This document shows, in pieces, positions 36,434-46,502 of a stretch of 64,000 nucleotides of DNA. Under the pieces are notes generated by a model. That model did not search any database. It worked only from the letters and a program-made list of their open reading frames with translations, and was not told where the DNA came from. A program made the position numbers and the translations under genes. This stretch comes from an uncultured Candidatus Sumerlaeota bacterium. GTDB lineage: Bacteria > Sumerlaeota > Sumerlaeia > SLMS01 > JAHLLQ01. The stretch is from contig CAZOKZ010000006.1 of the NCBI GenBank assembly GCA_964580585.1, positions 45,492 to 109,491 of the forward strand, written 5' to 3'. Numbering within the stretch: position 1 is the stretch's first letter; every line of letters starts with the position of its first letter.

Positions 36434-38872
36434 ATGTACTATCACAAGCAACCGTATGCTTCCAACTTCGAGTTCATTCAAAAATTCACGAGTCTGAAAA
36501 CAACGACCAGTGGTCAGGAAGCGCGTGCCGAAATTTTTGAGTTTCAGCCACGCGCAAAAAAGCCGCTCGCGAAAGCCGCAATCGATCTGCGTCTGACGGC
36601 GTACGAAGGCGATGTGTACGCGTTGAATGTGCGCGGAAAACGTTGGAAGAAAAATTACGCGCAATCGGAACTCGAATATCCCGCCCGGCGGGGTAAAGGG
36701 GACGGAGAGAATACATCGCTGGTTTTGGGCAAAGACGGTAGTCTGACGCTCTCGGACGCCAAAGGCAAAGCATTGCTGCGTTCGATTTCCGGCAAGGGAT
36801 TTGGCGTGTGTGGCAATCGGTCATTGTACGTGTTCGAGTATCAAAAAGGCGATCAGTTCTTTGGCGGGGGAGAGAAAATCCTCGGCATGGAAATGACCGG
36901 TAAGAGCACCAAATTTTGGAATACGGACGTGTGGGCCGATTTCCCGTTTTCGATTTGCGTGGATGGCGTTCCCGACCCGCTGTATGTGGCGATTCCATAC
37001 CTGATCATCAAACGCGGTAATACCTTCATCGGGCTGTTGATGGACAACCCGTACGCGACGTTCGTTTCATTGGCGACCCATGTGAATATCGCCGGGCAAA
37101 TGGACGCCAAGGAACAAAACCAACCGGTTGTCGTGTTCGGCGCCGAGCATGGCCAACCGAATTTGACGGTGCTCGTAGGACCGTCGCTTGCCGAGTTGAC
37201 GCGCAAGTTGCAAAAGCTCGTCGGGACGACGCCGATGCCGCCTGCGTGGGCGCTCGGATACCAGCAATGTCGCTGGGGGTATGCGTCGGCGAAGGACTTG
37301 GAATCGCTCGACGCCAATTTCCGCAAACATGAGTTTCCCTGCGACGGGTTGTGGCTTGATATCGGATACATGGATGGCTATCGTGTGTTCACATTCGACG
37401 AAAAGCTCTATCCCAAGTCCGTCGAAACGGCGATTCGCGGCATTCAGGAAGGCGGTCGGCACGTGGTGCCGATCATCGATCCCGGCGTGAAGGCCGAACG
37501 CGGGTATTCGATTTTCGACAGTGGGATGAAAGCCGACGTGTTTTGCAAAAATCCCCAGGGACAAACGTTCATCGGGCTTGTTTGGCCAGGAGAGACGGCG
37601 TTTCCGGATTTCTCCATTGAAGAAGGCCGCCAGTGGTGGGCGAATCATGTGACGGACTTTGCCAGCATTGGTTTGCAAGGCGCTTGGCTCGACATGAACG
37701 ATCCTTCGACGGGCCGCGTGGACAACGTGGACATGCTCTTCGATCACGGGCGTGAAAGCCACTATACTTACCACAATCAGTATGCGCTGGGAATGGCAAA
37801 AGCGACGCGCGATGGTTTCGAGGCTGCGAATCCGAACATCCGTCCCTTTTTGCTTTCGCGCAGCGGTTTCACGGGTATTTCAAAGTACTCTGCGCTGTGG
37901 ACGGGTGACAATTTTTCCAACTATCATTATCTGAAACATAGCATCGCGTGTTCGTTGAATCTTGCGCTTTCGGGCGTGCCGTTCAATGGACCGGACATTG
38001 GCGGTTTTGGCGGCGATTCGTGGCCGGAATTGATCGAGGACTGGACCAAAACGTGTTTTCTCTTCCCCTTCTGCCGAAATCATGCAGCGCACTTTTCCAT
38101 CGCCCAGGAACCGTGGGCGTTCAAACCAAGCACGTTGAAATTGATGCGCCATTACGTGCGACTGCGCTACCGGTTGCGTCCGTATTTGTACAATCTCTTC
38201 GTCCAGCAAGAAGAAATCGGCGAGGCGATTCTCCGCCCGTTGATGTATGACTTCACCGATACGCGCGCGTTGCCATTGGCGACGATTGACGACCAGTTCC
38301 TGGTTGGTCCCGCGATCATGCAGGCACCGATTGTCGAAGAAAAACAAACCCGGCGCGCCGTTGTGTTGCCGAAAGCCAACTGGTATTCCGCCATGGACGG
38401 CAAATGGATCGCGGGCGGGCGGAAAATCACCGTCCAACCCAACCCCTTGCAAACACCGCTTTATTTCCGAGAAGGCAGCATTGTTCCCATGGCGGTCAAC
38501 GCCACCAAGGGCGACAATACGTTCGAGCCAACGCGCGTCGAGTTCCACCTGTTCCTTCGCAAGTCCTCGAAAGGCGCGTTTGAAACCGAGTACGTGTTCG
38601 ACGATGGCGAAACGCTCGATTACCGCGAAGGCGAACGGTCGCGCCTGAAAATCCGGGCGCGTGTTCGGGGCGGCAAGCTGGTCGTCGAGACCGAGTATCT
38701 CGAACACGGATTCGGCGCGTGCGATTTCACGCTCGTCGTGTACGACAACTTTAAGGAAATCGAACTACGCCGCGCAGAAGGCGTTGAGCAACTGGAACTC
38801 AAGCCCGGAAAATGGAACGCCGTCGGCACGCCGCTCGCCGTTTGGAAGTCGAGGTGGGTGAAGAACCGGTGA
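36434..38872 (+). CDS. glycoside hydrolase family 31 (alpha-glucosidase/alpha-xylosidase)
   Basis: GH31 catalytic region DGLWLDIGYMDGYRVFTFD and GAWLDMNDPS, then ...WTGDNFSNYHYLKHSIACSLNLALSGVPFNGPDIGGF. Confidence 0.8.
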   Translation: MYYHKQPYASNFEFIQKFTSLKTTTSGQEARAEIFEFQPRAKKPLAKAAIDLRLTAYEGDVYALNVRGKRWKKNYAQSELEYPARRGKGDGENTSLVLGKDGSLTLSDAKGKALLRSISGKGFGVCGNRSLYVFEYQKGDQFFGGGEKILGMEMTGKSTKFWNTDVWADFPFSICVDGVPDPLYVAIPYLIIKRGNTFIGLLMDNPYATFVSLATHVNIAGQMDAKEQNQPVVVFGAEHGQPNLTVLVGPSLAELTRKLQKLVGTTPMPPAWALGYQQCRWGYASAKDLESLDANFRKHEFPCDGLWLDIGYMDGYRVFTFDEKLYPKSVETAIRGIQEGGRHVVPIIDPGVKAERGYSIFDSGMKADVFCKNPQGQTFIGLVWPGETAFPDFSIEEGRQWWANHVTDFASIGLQGAWLDMNDPSTGRVDNVDMLFDHGRESHYTYHNQYALGMAKATRDGFEAANPNIRPFLLSRSGFTGISKYSALWTGDNFSNYHYLKHSIACSLNLALSGVPFNGPDIGGFGGDSWPELIEDWTKTCFLFPFCRNHAAHFSIAQEPWAFKPSTLKLMRHYVRLRYRLRPYLYNLFVQQEEIGEAILRPLMYDFTDTRALPLATIDDQFLVGPAIMQAPIVEEKQTRRAVVLPKANWYSAMDGKWIAGGRKITVQPNPLQTPLYFREGSIVPMAVNATKGDNTFEPTRVEFHLFLRKSSKGAFETEYVFDDGETLDYREGERSRLKIRARVRGGKLVVETEYLEHGFGACDFTLVVYDNFKEIELRRAEGVEQLELKPGKWNAVGTPLAVWKSRWVKNR

Positions 38873-38902
38873 ATAACGCCAAGTGCTCAAAATGGAAGAT
38901 TA

Positions 38903-39535
38903 TCACTGCGAGGGAATCAAAACTCTTTCCTGACATTCAGGACAGAGGCGAATGACTCCGGCGAACATTCTCGGAACAGTAAATTCGTGACCATTTGGGC
39001 ACTTGGCTACCATGAGGTTTGAGGAAATAGACGCTTCCGAAGAAGAGATTTTTTGAACTCCAACAGGGTCGGAAAGTGCGTGGCAAGTGTGTGAACAGTA
39101 ACCTGCCTCGTACCATGGATTCTCTGCCTTTGGAATAAAAACCATATTGCATCGTTTGCATCTTTGACCACCCCTTCGCTCTATATCTCGACGAATGGAT
39201 TTTGCGTTTCGATCCATCATGAATCGATAGAGGGCTTCCTTCCAGTTTTCGTTTGGAGGACAAATCTGTTTCATGATGTGGGCGGGGACATGCTCCTCTC
39301 TAAACTTTGAAAGAGCTTTATCCTTCACGGTGAATCCGACACCGCTTACAGCCAACATGCTCAAACCGAGTAGCGATCCCAAGACGTTTACCGTTTCTGT
39401 TCCTTGGACATTGACTGGAATAACCATGTTGATAGTCCAAAGTGTGCCCGAACATCCTGGACAGTTACCTTCGTTATTCTGAATCTTCTTATAGGAATAA
39501 TTGTTCCCACAAGCTTCGCAAATGATCTCGAACAT
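38903..39535 (-). CDS. zinc-ribbon-rich membrane protein (unknown function), in AT-rich island
   Basis: Strong SD GGAGGG. CxxC...CxxC pairs at both ends (CEACG..CPGCSG; CPNGHEF..CPECQE) and a central TM. GC ~42%. Confidence 0.5.
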   Translation of the reverse strand: MFEIICEACGNNYSYKKIQNNEGNCPGCSGTLWTINMVIPVNVQGTETVNVLGSLLGLSMLAVSGVGFTVKDKALSKFREEHVPAHIMKQICPPNENWKEALYRFMMDRNAKSIRRDIERRGGQRCKRCNMVFIPKAENPWYEAGYCSHTCHALSDPVGVQKISSSEASISSNLMVAKCPNGHEFTVPRMFAGVIRLCPECQERVLIPSQ

Positions 39536-39973
39536 AGTACTCCCTCCAAAATTTCGCCTCACGGGCAATTGTTCTGCGATCCGATGCAGCCGAATCCTTG
39601 ATTCAGATCGATACACCATGATGCCCCTTGGTAATTTATGCATTTACCGTTCGGCAACGTGTTGGTCCATTATACCTCTAGGTTCTTTTCCATGCCCATC
39701 TTGTTTTGATTACTAAACGATATCATGAACAATGTATTTCAGGGGAAGAATAGCAATGCTTTTGGCTTATTCCGGGGGGGGGAATTCAGAAAAGACCTCT
39801 TTTTCCGATTTTGCTTTGAACCGGCAGCGCTATATATGCTTGATTTTGCCCTGTTTCGATGCGAGGAGTTCTTTTCGCGGATTTTCAGGGCTTTCGTGAC
39901 TTTTCGGAGGACTCCGTCCATCCCTTGACATTACTTTATCATGGATGTCCCCCTTAATCAAAGGAGATAGATC

Positions 39974-40465
39974 ATGACCAAAATTGATGAATGCATTCTT
40001 CAAGATTTGAGGCAGGTTCGTTGGTTTGAAAAATGTACACAGGTTTCACCCATTTTTGAATTTGAGGTTTCTCAAGTGCCAAATTGGCAAAAAGCTAAAA
40101 AAATCTATGAATCCTCTCTCTGGGATGATCTTACGCAGGATGCCCAAGGACGATTAAGTGAGTTTCTTTTTAAAAAGCACAATAATATTTACAACAGTAG
40201 TTGGAATAAATTGGCTAAGCAAGCTTCTGGATTTTTTGACATGGAAATTCTACCTCTGGTAGAAGGATTTGCACAAAATCATGAATTAGGAAATCTATTC
40301 ATACAATGTGTATCGTGGGATATCCAACACATAATAATTGAAAAATCATTTGTAAAACAAAAGCCTCCTATTTTTTTTGGACTATTATTTACTGTATACA
40401 AAGCAGGTCACTTCCCTTGTGGTTGGAACGGGAAGTGGCCGAAGGGGAAAATGCTCATAGTATAA
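39974..40465 (+). CDS. hypothetical cytoplasmic protein in AT-rich island
   Basis: SD AAAGGAG. GC ~35%. No recognisable family. Confidence 0.5.
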   Translation: MTKIDECILQDLRQVRWFEKCTQVSPIFEFEVSQVPNWQKAKKIYESSLWDDLTQDAQGRLSEFLFKKHNNIYNSSWNKLAKQASGFFDMEILPLVEGFAQNHELGNLFIQCVSWDIQHIIIEKSFVKQKPPIFFGLLFTVYKAGHFPCGWNGKWPKGKMLIV

Positions 40466-40885
40466 AGAAGTCACTTGGAAAAATGGAGGCAGGCACTGAT
40501 TTCTGTCCCCATCAGCCACCTTCGTCACGCATCCGGTCCAGCTCGTCCATTTGAAGTACCGCCTTGCGCCGCGAGCGAAACGAATTGCTCCGCCGCGCGT
40601 GATCCGTGTAGCCAGTAACTCGGGTTCGTCGGGAGATCGTTCTTCCGGCGACGACGCTTCCGACATCTGCATTTTCCGCACCTTTTTCCTGGATTTTCGT
40701 GATTTTTCCGTTGCCTTGGGGCAGGGAATCCAGTTGACTTTCGCGCCTGTGGTATTCCGCAACAGCGGAAGCCGTGTGTCTGAAATCGAAGATCGTCTCG
40801 TAAGCCAAGCTTTTTCAAGCATCTTGCGTAAAACGAATCTTCCTGAAAAATAGCTCATTCTTCTTTCTCGTCAGGAGAGTTCATC

Positions 40886-41350
40886 ATGCACCCGTTGGTC
40901 AGGGAAGCCGAAGCAACCCAATTGCGCACCGATCGTCCTTATTTCCGCCCCGGCGACACGGTCAGCGTGGCCGTTCGCATCGTGGAAGGGAACAAGGAAC
41001 GTATCCAGAAATTCGAAGGCGTGGTGATCGGACGCAAAGGTTCTGGCCTGCGCGAAACGTTCACGGTTCGCCGCGTGTCCTTCAACGTCGGCATCGAGCG
41101 CATTTTCCCGCTTCACAGCCCGCGTATCGAAGACATCAAGATCATCCGTCGCGGTCGCGCCCGCCGGGCCAAGCTGTACTACCTGCGCAATCTGCGCGGT
41201 AAGAAAGCGCGTCTGTCCGAACGCCGCATCAGCACCGACAAGTTGCAGGCGGAAGCCGATAGCGCAAACAAGTCGTTGCTCAACCAGGCGGCGTTGGCCG
41301 AAGTGGCCGAGGCTCCGGTTGTCGAAACGGTGGAAGCAACGCAGGAATAA
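40886..41350 (+). CDS. rplS: 50S ribosomal protein L19 with C-terminal extension
   Basis: [72 protein letters not shown] matches the L19 core. Confidence 0.85.
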   Translation: MHPLVREAEATQLRTDRPYFRPGDTVSVAVRIVEGNKERIQKFEGVVIGRKGSGLRETFTVRRVSFNVGIERIFPLHSPRIEDIKIIRRGRARRAKLYYLRNLRGKKARLSERRISTDKLQAEADSANKSLLNQAALAEVAEAPVVETVEATQE

Positions 41351-41386
41351 GCCACTCGGCTTTTCCGACGACAAACAGCATTGCAC

Positions 41387-41430
41387 GGAACTGTGGTTCG
41401 GGATGTCTCGAACCACAGTTCCTTTTTTCA
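41387..41430. terminator. bidirectional rho-independent terminator
   Basis: ggaactgtggttcg-ggatgtct-cgaaccacagttcc followed by TTTTTT. Sits between convergent rplS and the channel gene. Confidence 0.6.
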
Positions 41431-41437
41431 TTTAACG

Positions 41438-42940
41438 TTATTCATGCCAAACCGGTTCTTCTTTTGCCAGCACGATGAGCTTGTCGGCTGGTTCCAGTTT
41501 GTACTCGGCTGGTGGATTGGTTACGGTACGCGCGTAAGGTGAATTTTCACCCGGTGTGCGTCGTGCGTGCGAGCCGCCGTTCTGCGTGCCGCGTTCGATG
41601 GCAATCAACATTGCATCGTACTTGATTTTGATCATGCACTGCACGTCCAGGAATAAATTCCCGATCCATTCTTTGCGGATTGGCAACTTGTAAATCTGAT
41701 TCCCAAACTTATTGCTGAACAATTCATCGGCGATTTCCGTCACCCCGCGCACGCGTGAACTGGCGGCCAGCAACGTGCCGCTGTATTCGTCGCCGATGAC
41801 GATTTCCTCGATGCCTGCGAGCACCAGGTGCTCTTCGTTTTCGCGCGAGAGCAACTCGGCGCAGGCAAAAATCCCGGGCGAGAGTTTTTCGATCATCAGC
41901 GCGGCCAGAATGGTGCGCGCGTCGCGGTCCTGGTCCGAGCGGGTGGAAATCGAACGGTCGGCTAGCAAAATGGCGCGTGAAGCCCGTTCGATGCCCGCTT
42001 TGCGCAGCACGTCCATGCGCGTGTAGTCGTCTTCGATAAAGTACACGAGCGGATCGCCGTCGATTTCGTCGAACGCATCGGGACGGATTTCAGCAATGAC
42101 GATCACGGCACGGTCGCGCGTAGAGGTAAAGGTGTGGAGTTCTTCGACAACGACGCGGGCTGAACGATTCCAGCCGCAAATGATCACATGGTCTCGCAAA
42201 TCGTCCAGATTCATGCGGTTGCTCCTAAGACCGTGGCGGATGCGTTCCGCCATCACGGCGGAAACGGTACCGGTAAACAAGGCAAAAACCGTCAGACCGG
42301 CTAACATGATGATGAGGGTGAAAAATTTACCGGCTTCCGATTGCGGCATGCCGCCAACCGGTTCGGCGGCGATGATCGACAGTGTGGCCCACCAGATAGT
42401 GGCGCCAAAGGTTTGAAATTCCGGGGTGTCTTTTTCGATTTCAAAGATCGCCAACGCTACACCCAGCACGGTGACGGCCACCATGGTGACAATGCTCAGG
42501 TGCTCGCCGAAACTTTGTCGGATGATGCTGGCTAATCGTTTGTTGGCGCGGAACAAAATTGCCCCGAGACGAAACAATCGCACGAGCCGGATCACGCGCA
42601 ACACACGCCATGATCGGAACACGGGGATGACGGAAATAATGTCGAGCCAGTAGTAGGAGAAGTAGGCTGCTTTGGAGCGTGCCACGTAAAATCGGATTGT
42701 TAGCTCGACGATGAAAATCGCGGTGATGATATCGCCCAGGATTTGGGCTGTTTTCAAATGCCAGACAATCTCCACCACCAGCAGCACAACCGACAGGATG
42801 ATGAGAAACGCAACTGTCAGGTCCATCGTCGGGTGATTGATGAAACGCCGCAATCGTTCGCGTCGCAGCGATTCAACGCCAAACGGCGGAGTGGTATTTT
42901 CTGGCACAGTGTTGGGCACAAGCCGGACCTTTGGTGACAA
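41438..42940 (-). CDS. voltage-gated ion channel family protein fused to RCK/TrkA-N domain
   Basis: S1-S4 with an Arg ladder (RVLRVIRLVRLFRLG). Pore region ATIWWATLSIIAAEPVGGMP lacks a canonical GYG. C-terminal Rossmann-like VIICGWNRSARVV. Confidence 0.65.
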   Translation of the reverse strand: MSPKVRLVPNTVPENTTPPFGVESLRRERLRRFINHPTMDLTVAFLIILSVVLLVVEIVWHLKTAQILGDIITAIFIVELTIRFYVARSKAAYFSYYWLDIISVIPVFRSWRVLRVIRLVRLFRLGAILFRANKRLASIIRQSFGEHLSIVTMVAVTVLGVALAIFEIEKDTPEFQTFGATIWWATLSIIAAEPVGGMPQSEAGKFFTLIIMLAGLTVFALFTGTVSAVMAERIRHGLRSNRMNLDDLRDHVIICGWNRSARVVVEELHTFTSTRDRAVIVIAEIRPDAFDEIDGDPLVYFIEDDYTRMDVLRKAGIERASRAILLADRSISTRSDQDRDARTILAALMIEKLSPGIFACAELLSRENEEHLVLAGIEEIVIGDEYSGTLLAASSRVRGVTEIADELFSNKFGNQIYKLPIRKEWIGNLFLDVQCMIKIKYDAMLIAIERGTQNGGSHARRTPGENSPYARTVTNPPAEYKLEPADKLIVLAKEEPVWHE

Positions 42941-43129
42941 ATTACGGACACATTCCTTCTTGGTGAAAACGTTCGCCGTGGCAATCTAAATGGTTCTGGG
43001 GGCAAAACCCCAATAGGAGGAAGATACAAGAATGTCCTGAGCTTTTCCGGCTCCGGCACGAATTCGGCTTTTCACTGTGCCGCCAGTCCGGGTAAATTTC
43101 CCCACCTATTTTGTGAATGCGAGTTTTTT

Positions 43130-44566
43130 ATGAACAAAGCTTTGACGATTGTGGCCCTCTGTCTGACAGCGAACATGACGACACCAGGACTGGCAGGCCA
43201 TCAGGCTCCCGCGTCGGATACCCCCCAACCGGAGTCGTATATGGTGACTCCGACGGCAGAGGGAGATCACATGACGAGTGCTACGCTCGATTCACTCAAT
43301 CCCCGTCAGCGCGCCATCGATGAAGCAGTTGGCATTTTGGATCGCGAAGATCTTGATCTGGAAACGCGCCTGGAAACGGTAAAAGCAATCATCGAGCGCC
43401 ATCCGGAGGAAGGTGAAATTTGGGCCGTGCTGGGCGAATTACGCCTCACTGCCGGGGATGACGATGAAGCGTTATTGGCGTTTGAACGTGCGTTGGACAA
43501 AAACAAGGAACTCTATTCCTCCTGGCATTGGGTAGGGGTGCTCAAGAAGCGCAACCAACGGGATTTGGAAGGCGCGCTCGATGCGTTTCGCCAAGCCATC
43601 GAACACGGTGGAACCAAGGCCGTGGAGTTGAATGAAATCGGCATTACGCAAGCGCAGTTGGGTCGCATGGAAGAGGCTTATGCCACGTGGACAGCCGCCA
43701 TCGAAGCCGACCCCGATTGGGGAGTGCTGTATTCAAATGCATTAAAAGCGGCACTGCGTCTGAAAAAAAGCCAGGAAGCGGAAAGCCTGTTTCAACGCGG
43801 TTTGAAAGCCAAACGGTTCGAGGAAACCATGGCTTTGATTTGGACCGATAATCTGGTGCGACAAAATGATCGCAAAGCGGCGATTAAAGCATACGAAGAA
43901 GCGCTCGATGCCGCGCCCGAAAGTCTCCGGCTGCGATATTACTACGGGGTGACGTTGGCGGAAGCGGGAGAGAAACATGATGCCATCGTGCAGTTGGAAA
44001 AAACTGCAATGAACGCGAAGACCAACGGTGAAAAAGTTACACAGTCCGCAGCAGAAAAATATCTGTTTTCGCTTCAGAATCCGGAAAAGATGAAAAAACT
44101 GGTCAAAGCCCAACAAACGATTACCTCGGTTGAAGGCGATGGCCGGTCTGATCGAAAAAAGCTGGCAGAGGCTATCGACACGATGTCTCCGATTATCGCG
44201 GAGCACCCGAATTTATGGGAACCCAGATTAATGCGCGGGGTAGCGCATCGTCGTCTGGGGCACAGCGACGCGGCACGATCGGATTTCGAGGCCGTTTTAA
44301 CTGAAGTGCCCGATCAATCCAACGCACTCGTGAACTTGGCGTTGCTCTTTCGCGATCAGAAGGAATTCGATCGCGCAGCCGACTATGCGCAAAAAGCAGC
44401 AGATCTGGCGCCTAACGATCCAAACGTCATGATTAACGCGACGCTGGTCATGATCGATTGTGGCGATTGCGACGAGGCTAAAGCCCTGGCAAGCAAGGCT
44501 TATGATGTATTGCCCGAAGAAGCCTGGGGTGTTTTGGACGATGCGTTGGCGAAAAAATGTCAATGA
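43130..44566 (+). CDS. secreted tetratricopeptide-repeat protein
   Basis: Signal peptide. Multiple 34-aa TPR-like W/LG/Y/A/F/A/P periodicities. Confidence 0.65.
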   Translation: MNKALTIVALCLTANMTTPGLAGHQAPASDTPQPESYMVTPTAEGDHMTSATLDSLNPRQRAIDEAVGILDREDLDLETRLETVKAIIERHPEEGEIWAVLGELRLTAGDDDEALLAFERALDKNKELYSSWHWVGVLKKRNQRDLEGALDAFRQAIEHGGTKAVELNEIGITQAQLGRMEEAYATWTAAIEADPDWGVLYSNALKAALRLKKSQEAESLFQRGLKAKRFEETMALIWTDNLVRQNDRKAAIKAYEEALDAAPESLRLRYYYGVTLAEAGEKHDAIVQLEKTAMNAKTNGEKVTQSAAEKYLFSLQNPEKMKKLVKAQQTITSVEGDGRSDRKKLAEAIDTMSPIIAEHPNLWEPRLMRGVAHRRLGHSDAARSDFEAVLTEVPDQSNALVNLALLFRDQKEFDRAADYAQKAADLAPNDPNVMINATLVMIDCGDCDEAKALASKAYDVLPEEAWGVLDDALAKKCQ

Positions 44567-44617
44567 GTACGATCCTTGCGTTGAAATGTAAAAAATCCCA
44601 TTCGATGTGTTGAATTC

Positions 44618-45274
44618 ATGAAACTAAACCTGCAATTTCTCAAAGTTCATCGCCGAAGCAGTATGTTCTTCGGTGGAGTGTTTATCCTGGGACTGGGGGC
44701 ATGGCAGGGTCCGGAGCTGGTGCGTTTTGTACGCGACCAGATTATCCCGAAACGTTTCGGCGTGGTCGAAGACGGTTCGCTGTATCGCAGCGGTCAGATC
44801 TCCGGGCGCCTGATCGGTCCGACACTCGAAGAGCACGGAATCGACATCGTCGTCGATTTGACAAAAGATAAGGAAAAACCATATCAAGAGGCGGAAAAGA
44901 AGGCCATTGTCGATTTAGGTATCGAAGGCCACCGCTTTAGAATGCCGGGCGATGGCAAAGGTTCGGTCGAAGCCTACGCCGATGCGTTAACCGTAATCGA
45001 AACAGCACAGAAAGCAAACAAGCAGGTTCTTGTTCACTGCGCTGCCGGGGCTCAACGAACCGGCGGGGTGATTGCCTGTTATCGGGTGTTGTTCGACGAG
45101 ACGAGTCCCGAGGACGCCATCAAAGAGATGGAAGAATATTCCTGGGACCCGGTGGAAAATGTGGACCTGCTGATTTATCTGAATGAAATCATGCCTGAAC
45201 TCGTGCAAAAATTACACGAGCAAGGTGTCCTGAGCGAAACTCCGGAGACGCTGCCGATCTTTCCCACTAAATGA
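44618..45274 (+). CDS. membrane-anchored dual-specificity/tyrosine protein phosphatase
   Basis: CX5R P-loop VLVHCAAGAQRTGG. N-terminal hydrophobic anchor. Confidence 0.7.
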   Translation: MKLNLQFLKVHRRSSMFFGGVFILGLGAWQGPELVRFVRDQIIPKRFGVVEDGSLYRSGQISGRLIGPTLEEHGIDIVVDLTKDKEKPYQEAEKKAIVDLGIEGHRFRMPGDGKGSVEAYADALTVIETAQKANKQVLVHCAAGAQRTGGVIACYRVLFDETSPEDAIKEMEEYSWDPVENVDLLIYLNEIMPELVQKLHEQGVLSETPETLPIFPTK

Positions 45275-45279
45275 TGATT

Positions 45280-46323
45280 TTAGCTGGCGTGGCTCACCAT
45301 ACAAACCAACTTTTCTTGAACTTCCGGGAAATTCCCTAAATACCGATCCAAACACTGGCGATAATGCATGAGCAGGGCGCCGCTGTATTGATAGCGCGAA
45401 GGATTTAAATCGTAACACTTTTTCACGTCCTGAATCCATTGCTCGTCATGTGGCAATTGGAGGAAATGCCCCAATTTAATAATTTCTCGTTCGCCAAATT
45501 GGTTTTCGGTATAGTAGAAAAACCGATTCGGATATTGTTTTTTCAACGAAAGAAACCACGCCATTTCCTGAATAATACACTCCAGGATATTTTCCGTCGT
45601 TTGATCTTTTTTCGACTGCAAGCGCTCGAAATATTTATCGTGGCCTTTGCGTTGGTTAGAGAACGCGCAATCCAGCGGATTGCGGAAGGGCATCAGGAAT
45701 CGCAACTTGGAGTTTTGGGCGAACAGGGCATCAAAATCAATGTGATGCTTACGAAGATAATTGGTGACCTTCATTGATTCTTTCCAGAAGAACGAGCGAA
45801 TATCCTGCTTCACTATTTCATCGCCAAAACGTGCACGATAAGCAGCGCTGACTTTGTCGCCGTCTTGAAACGCATGCCCCAGCGTGATCGATCCGCCCAG
45901 GTCGCCGCGTTTTCCTCCTAATGACAGATAAATACTGTAACGTAAGAACGCGTTGAATTTTTCTTCCGTATAGTTCGAGAAGAAATTGGCTTTTTTGATG
46001 GGGAGAATTCTACTGGAGCCATGGTTCAGGACTTGGCAGTTTGGATGAAGAAACGCCAGGCTGGCAGTCAAAGTTGTTAAATTACGATAAGGCCCCAAAA
46101 CAATGCAGACGGTTTCGATTTGATCGGTGTCCAGGTTCGCGTAGTCCTGTTGACTGCGAATAAATTCTCGATAGTAAAAAGGCTTTCCGAATTTTTCTGC
46201 AAAGTGGCGCGTGACTTTGCGCATGTGTTTAATCTTTAGTGACATTTCAGTTCGCAACCTTTCCAGCGGGATGGAGATCTGCGCCTTCAATGCCTTATTT
46301 TGTAAATAGATACTTCCTCTCAA
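45280..46323 (-). CDS. sulfotransferase-family protein (low GC)
   Basis: PAPS 5'-PSB-like VLGPYRNLTTL and 3'-PB-like RNPLD. GC ~44% against a ~59% background. Confidence 0.45.
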   Translation of the reverse strand: MRGSIYLQNKALKAQISIPLERLRTEMSLKIKHMRKVTRHFAEKFGKPFYYREFIRSQQDYANLDTDQIETVCIVLGPYRNLTTLTASLAFLHPNCQVLNHGSSRILPIKKANFFSNYTEEKFNAFLRYSIYLSLGGKRGDLGGSITLGHAFQDGDKVSAAYRARFGDEIVKQDIRSFFWKESMKVTNYLRKHHIDFDALFAQNSKLRFLMPFRNPLDCAFSNQRKGHDKYFERLQSKKDQTTENILECIIQEMAWFLSLKKQYPNRFFYYTENQFGEREIIKLGHFLQLPHDEQWIQDVKKCYDLNPSRYQYSGALLMHYRQCLDRYLGNFPEVQEKLVCMVSHAS

Positions 46324-46502
46324 AGAAACGAAATTCGCCCAAGGAATCGTTTGAAATGAGCGAGATTGATTGCCGTCTCGTTAGCTCGCGAAAGGTTTGC
46401 CTTTTCCAGATGATTTGCTAACGAAATAACGTGTGCGGAACAAAAAGACCGTCTTCGAAATTGCACGAAGACGGTCCGAAAAATATCGATTTGGTCGAGG
46501 TC

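Noticed and set aside
39725-39928. 67-aa ORF spanning the poly-G tract in the AT-rich spacer
   Set aside because: No SD, odd composition and no conservation cues. More likely non-coding promoter region. The poly-G is reported as a possible phase-variation site instead.
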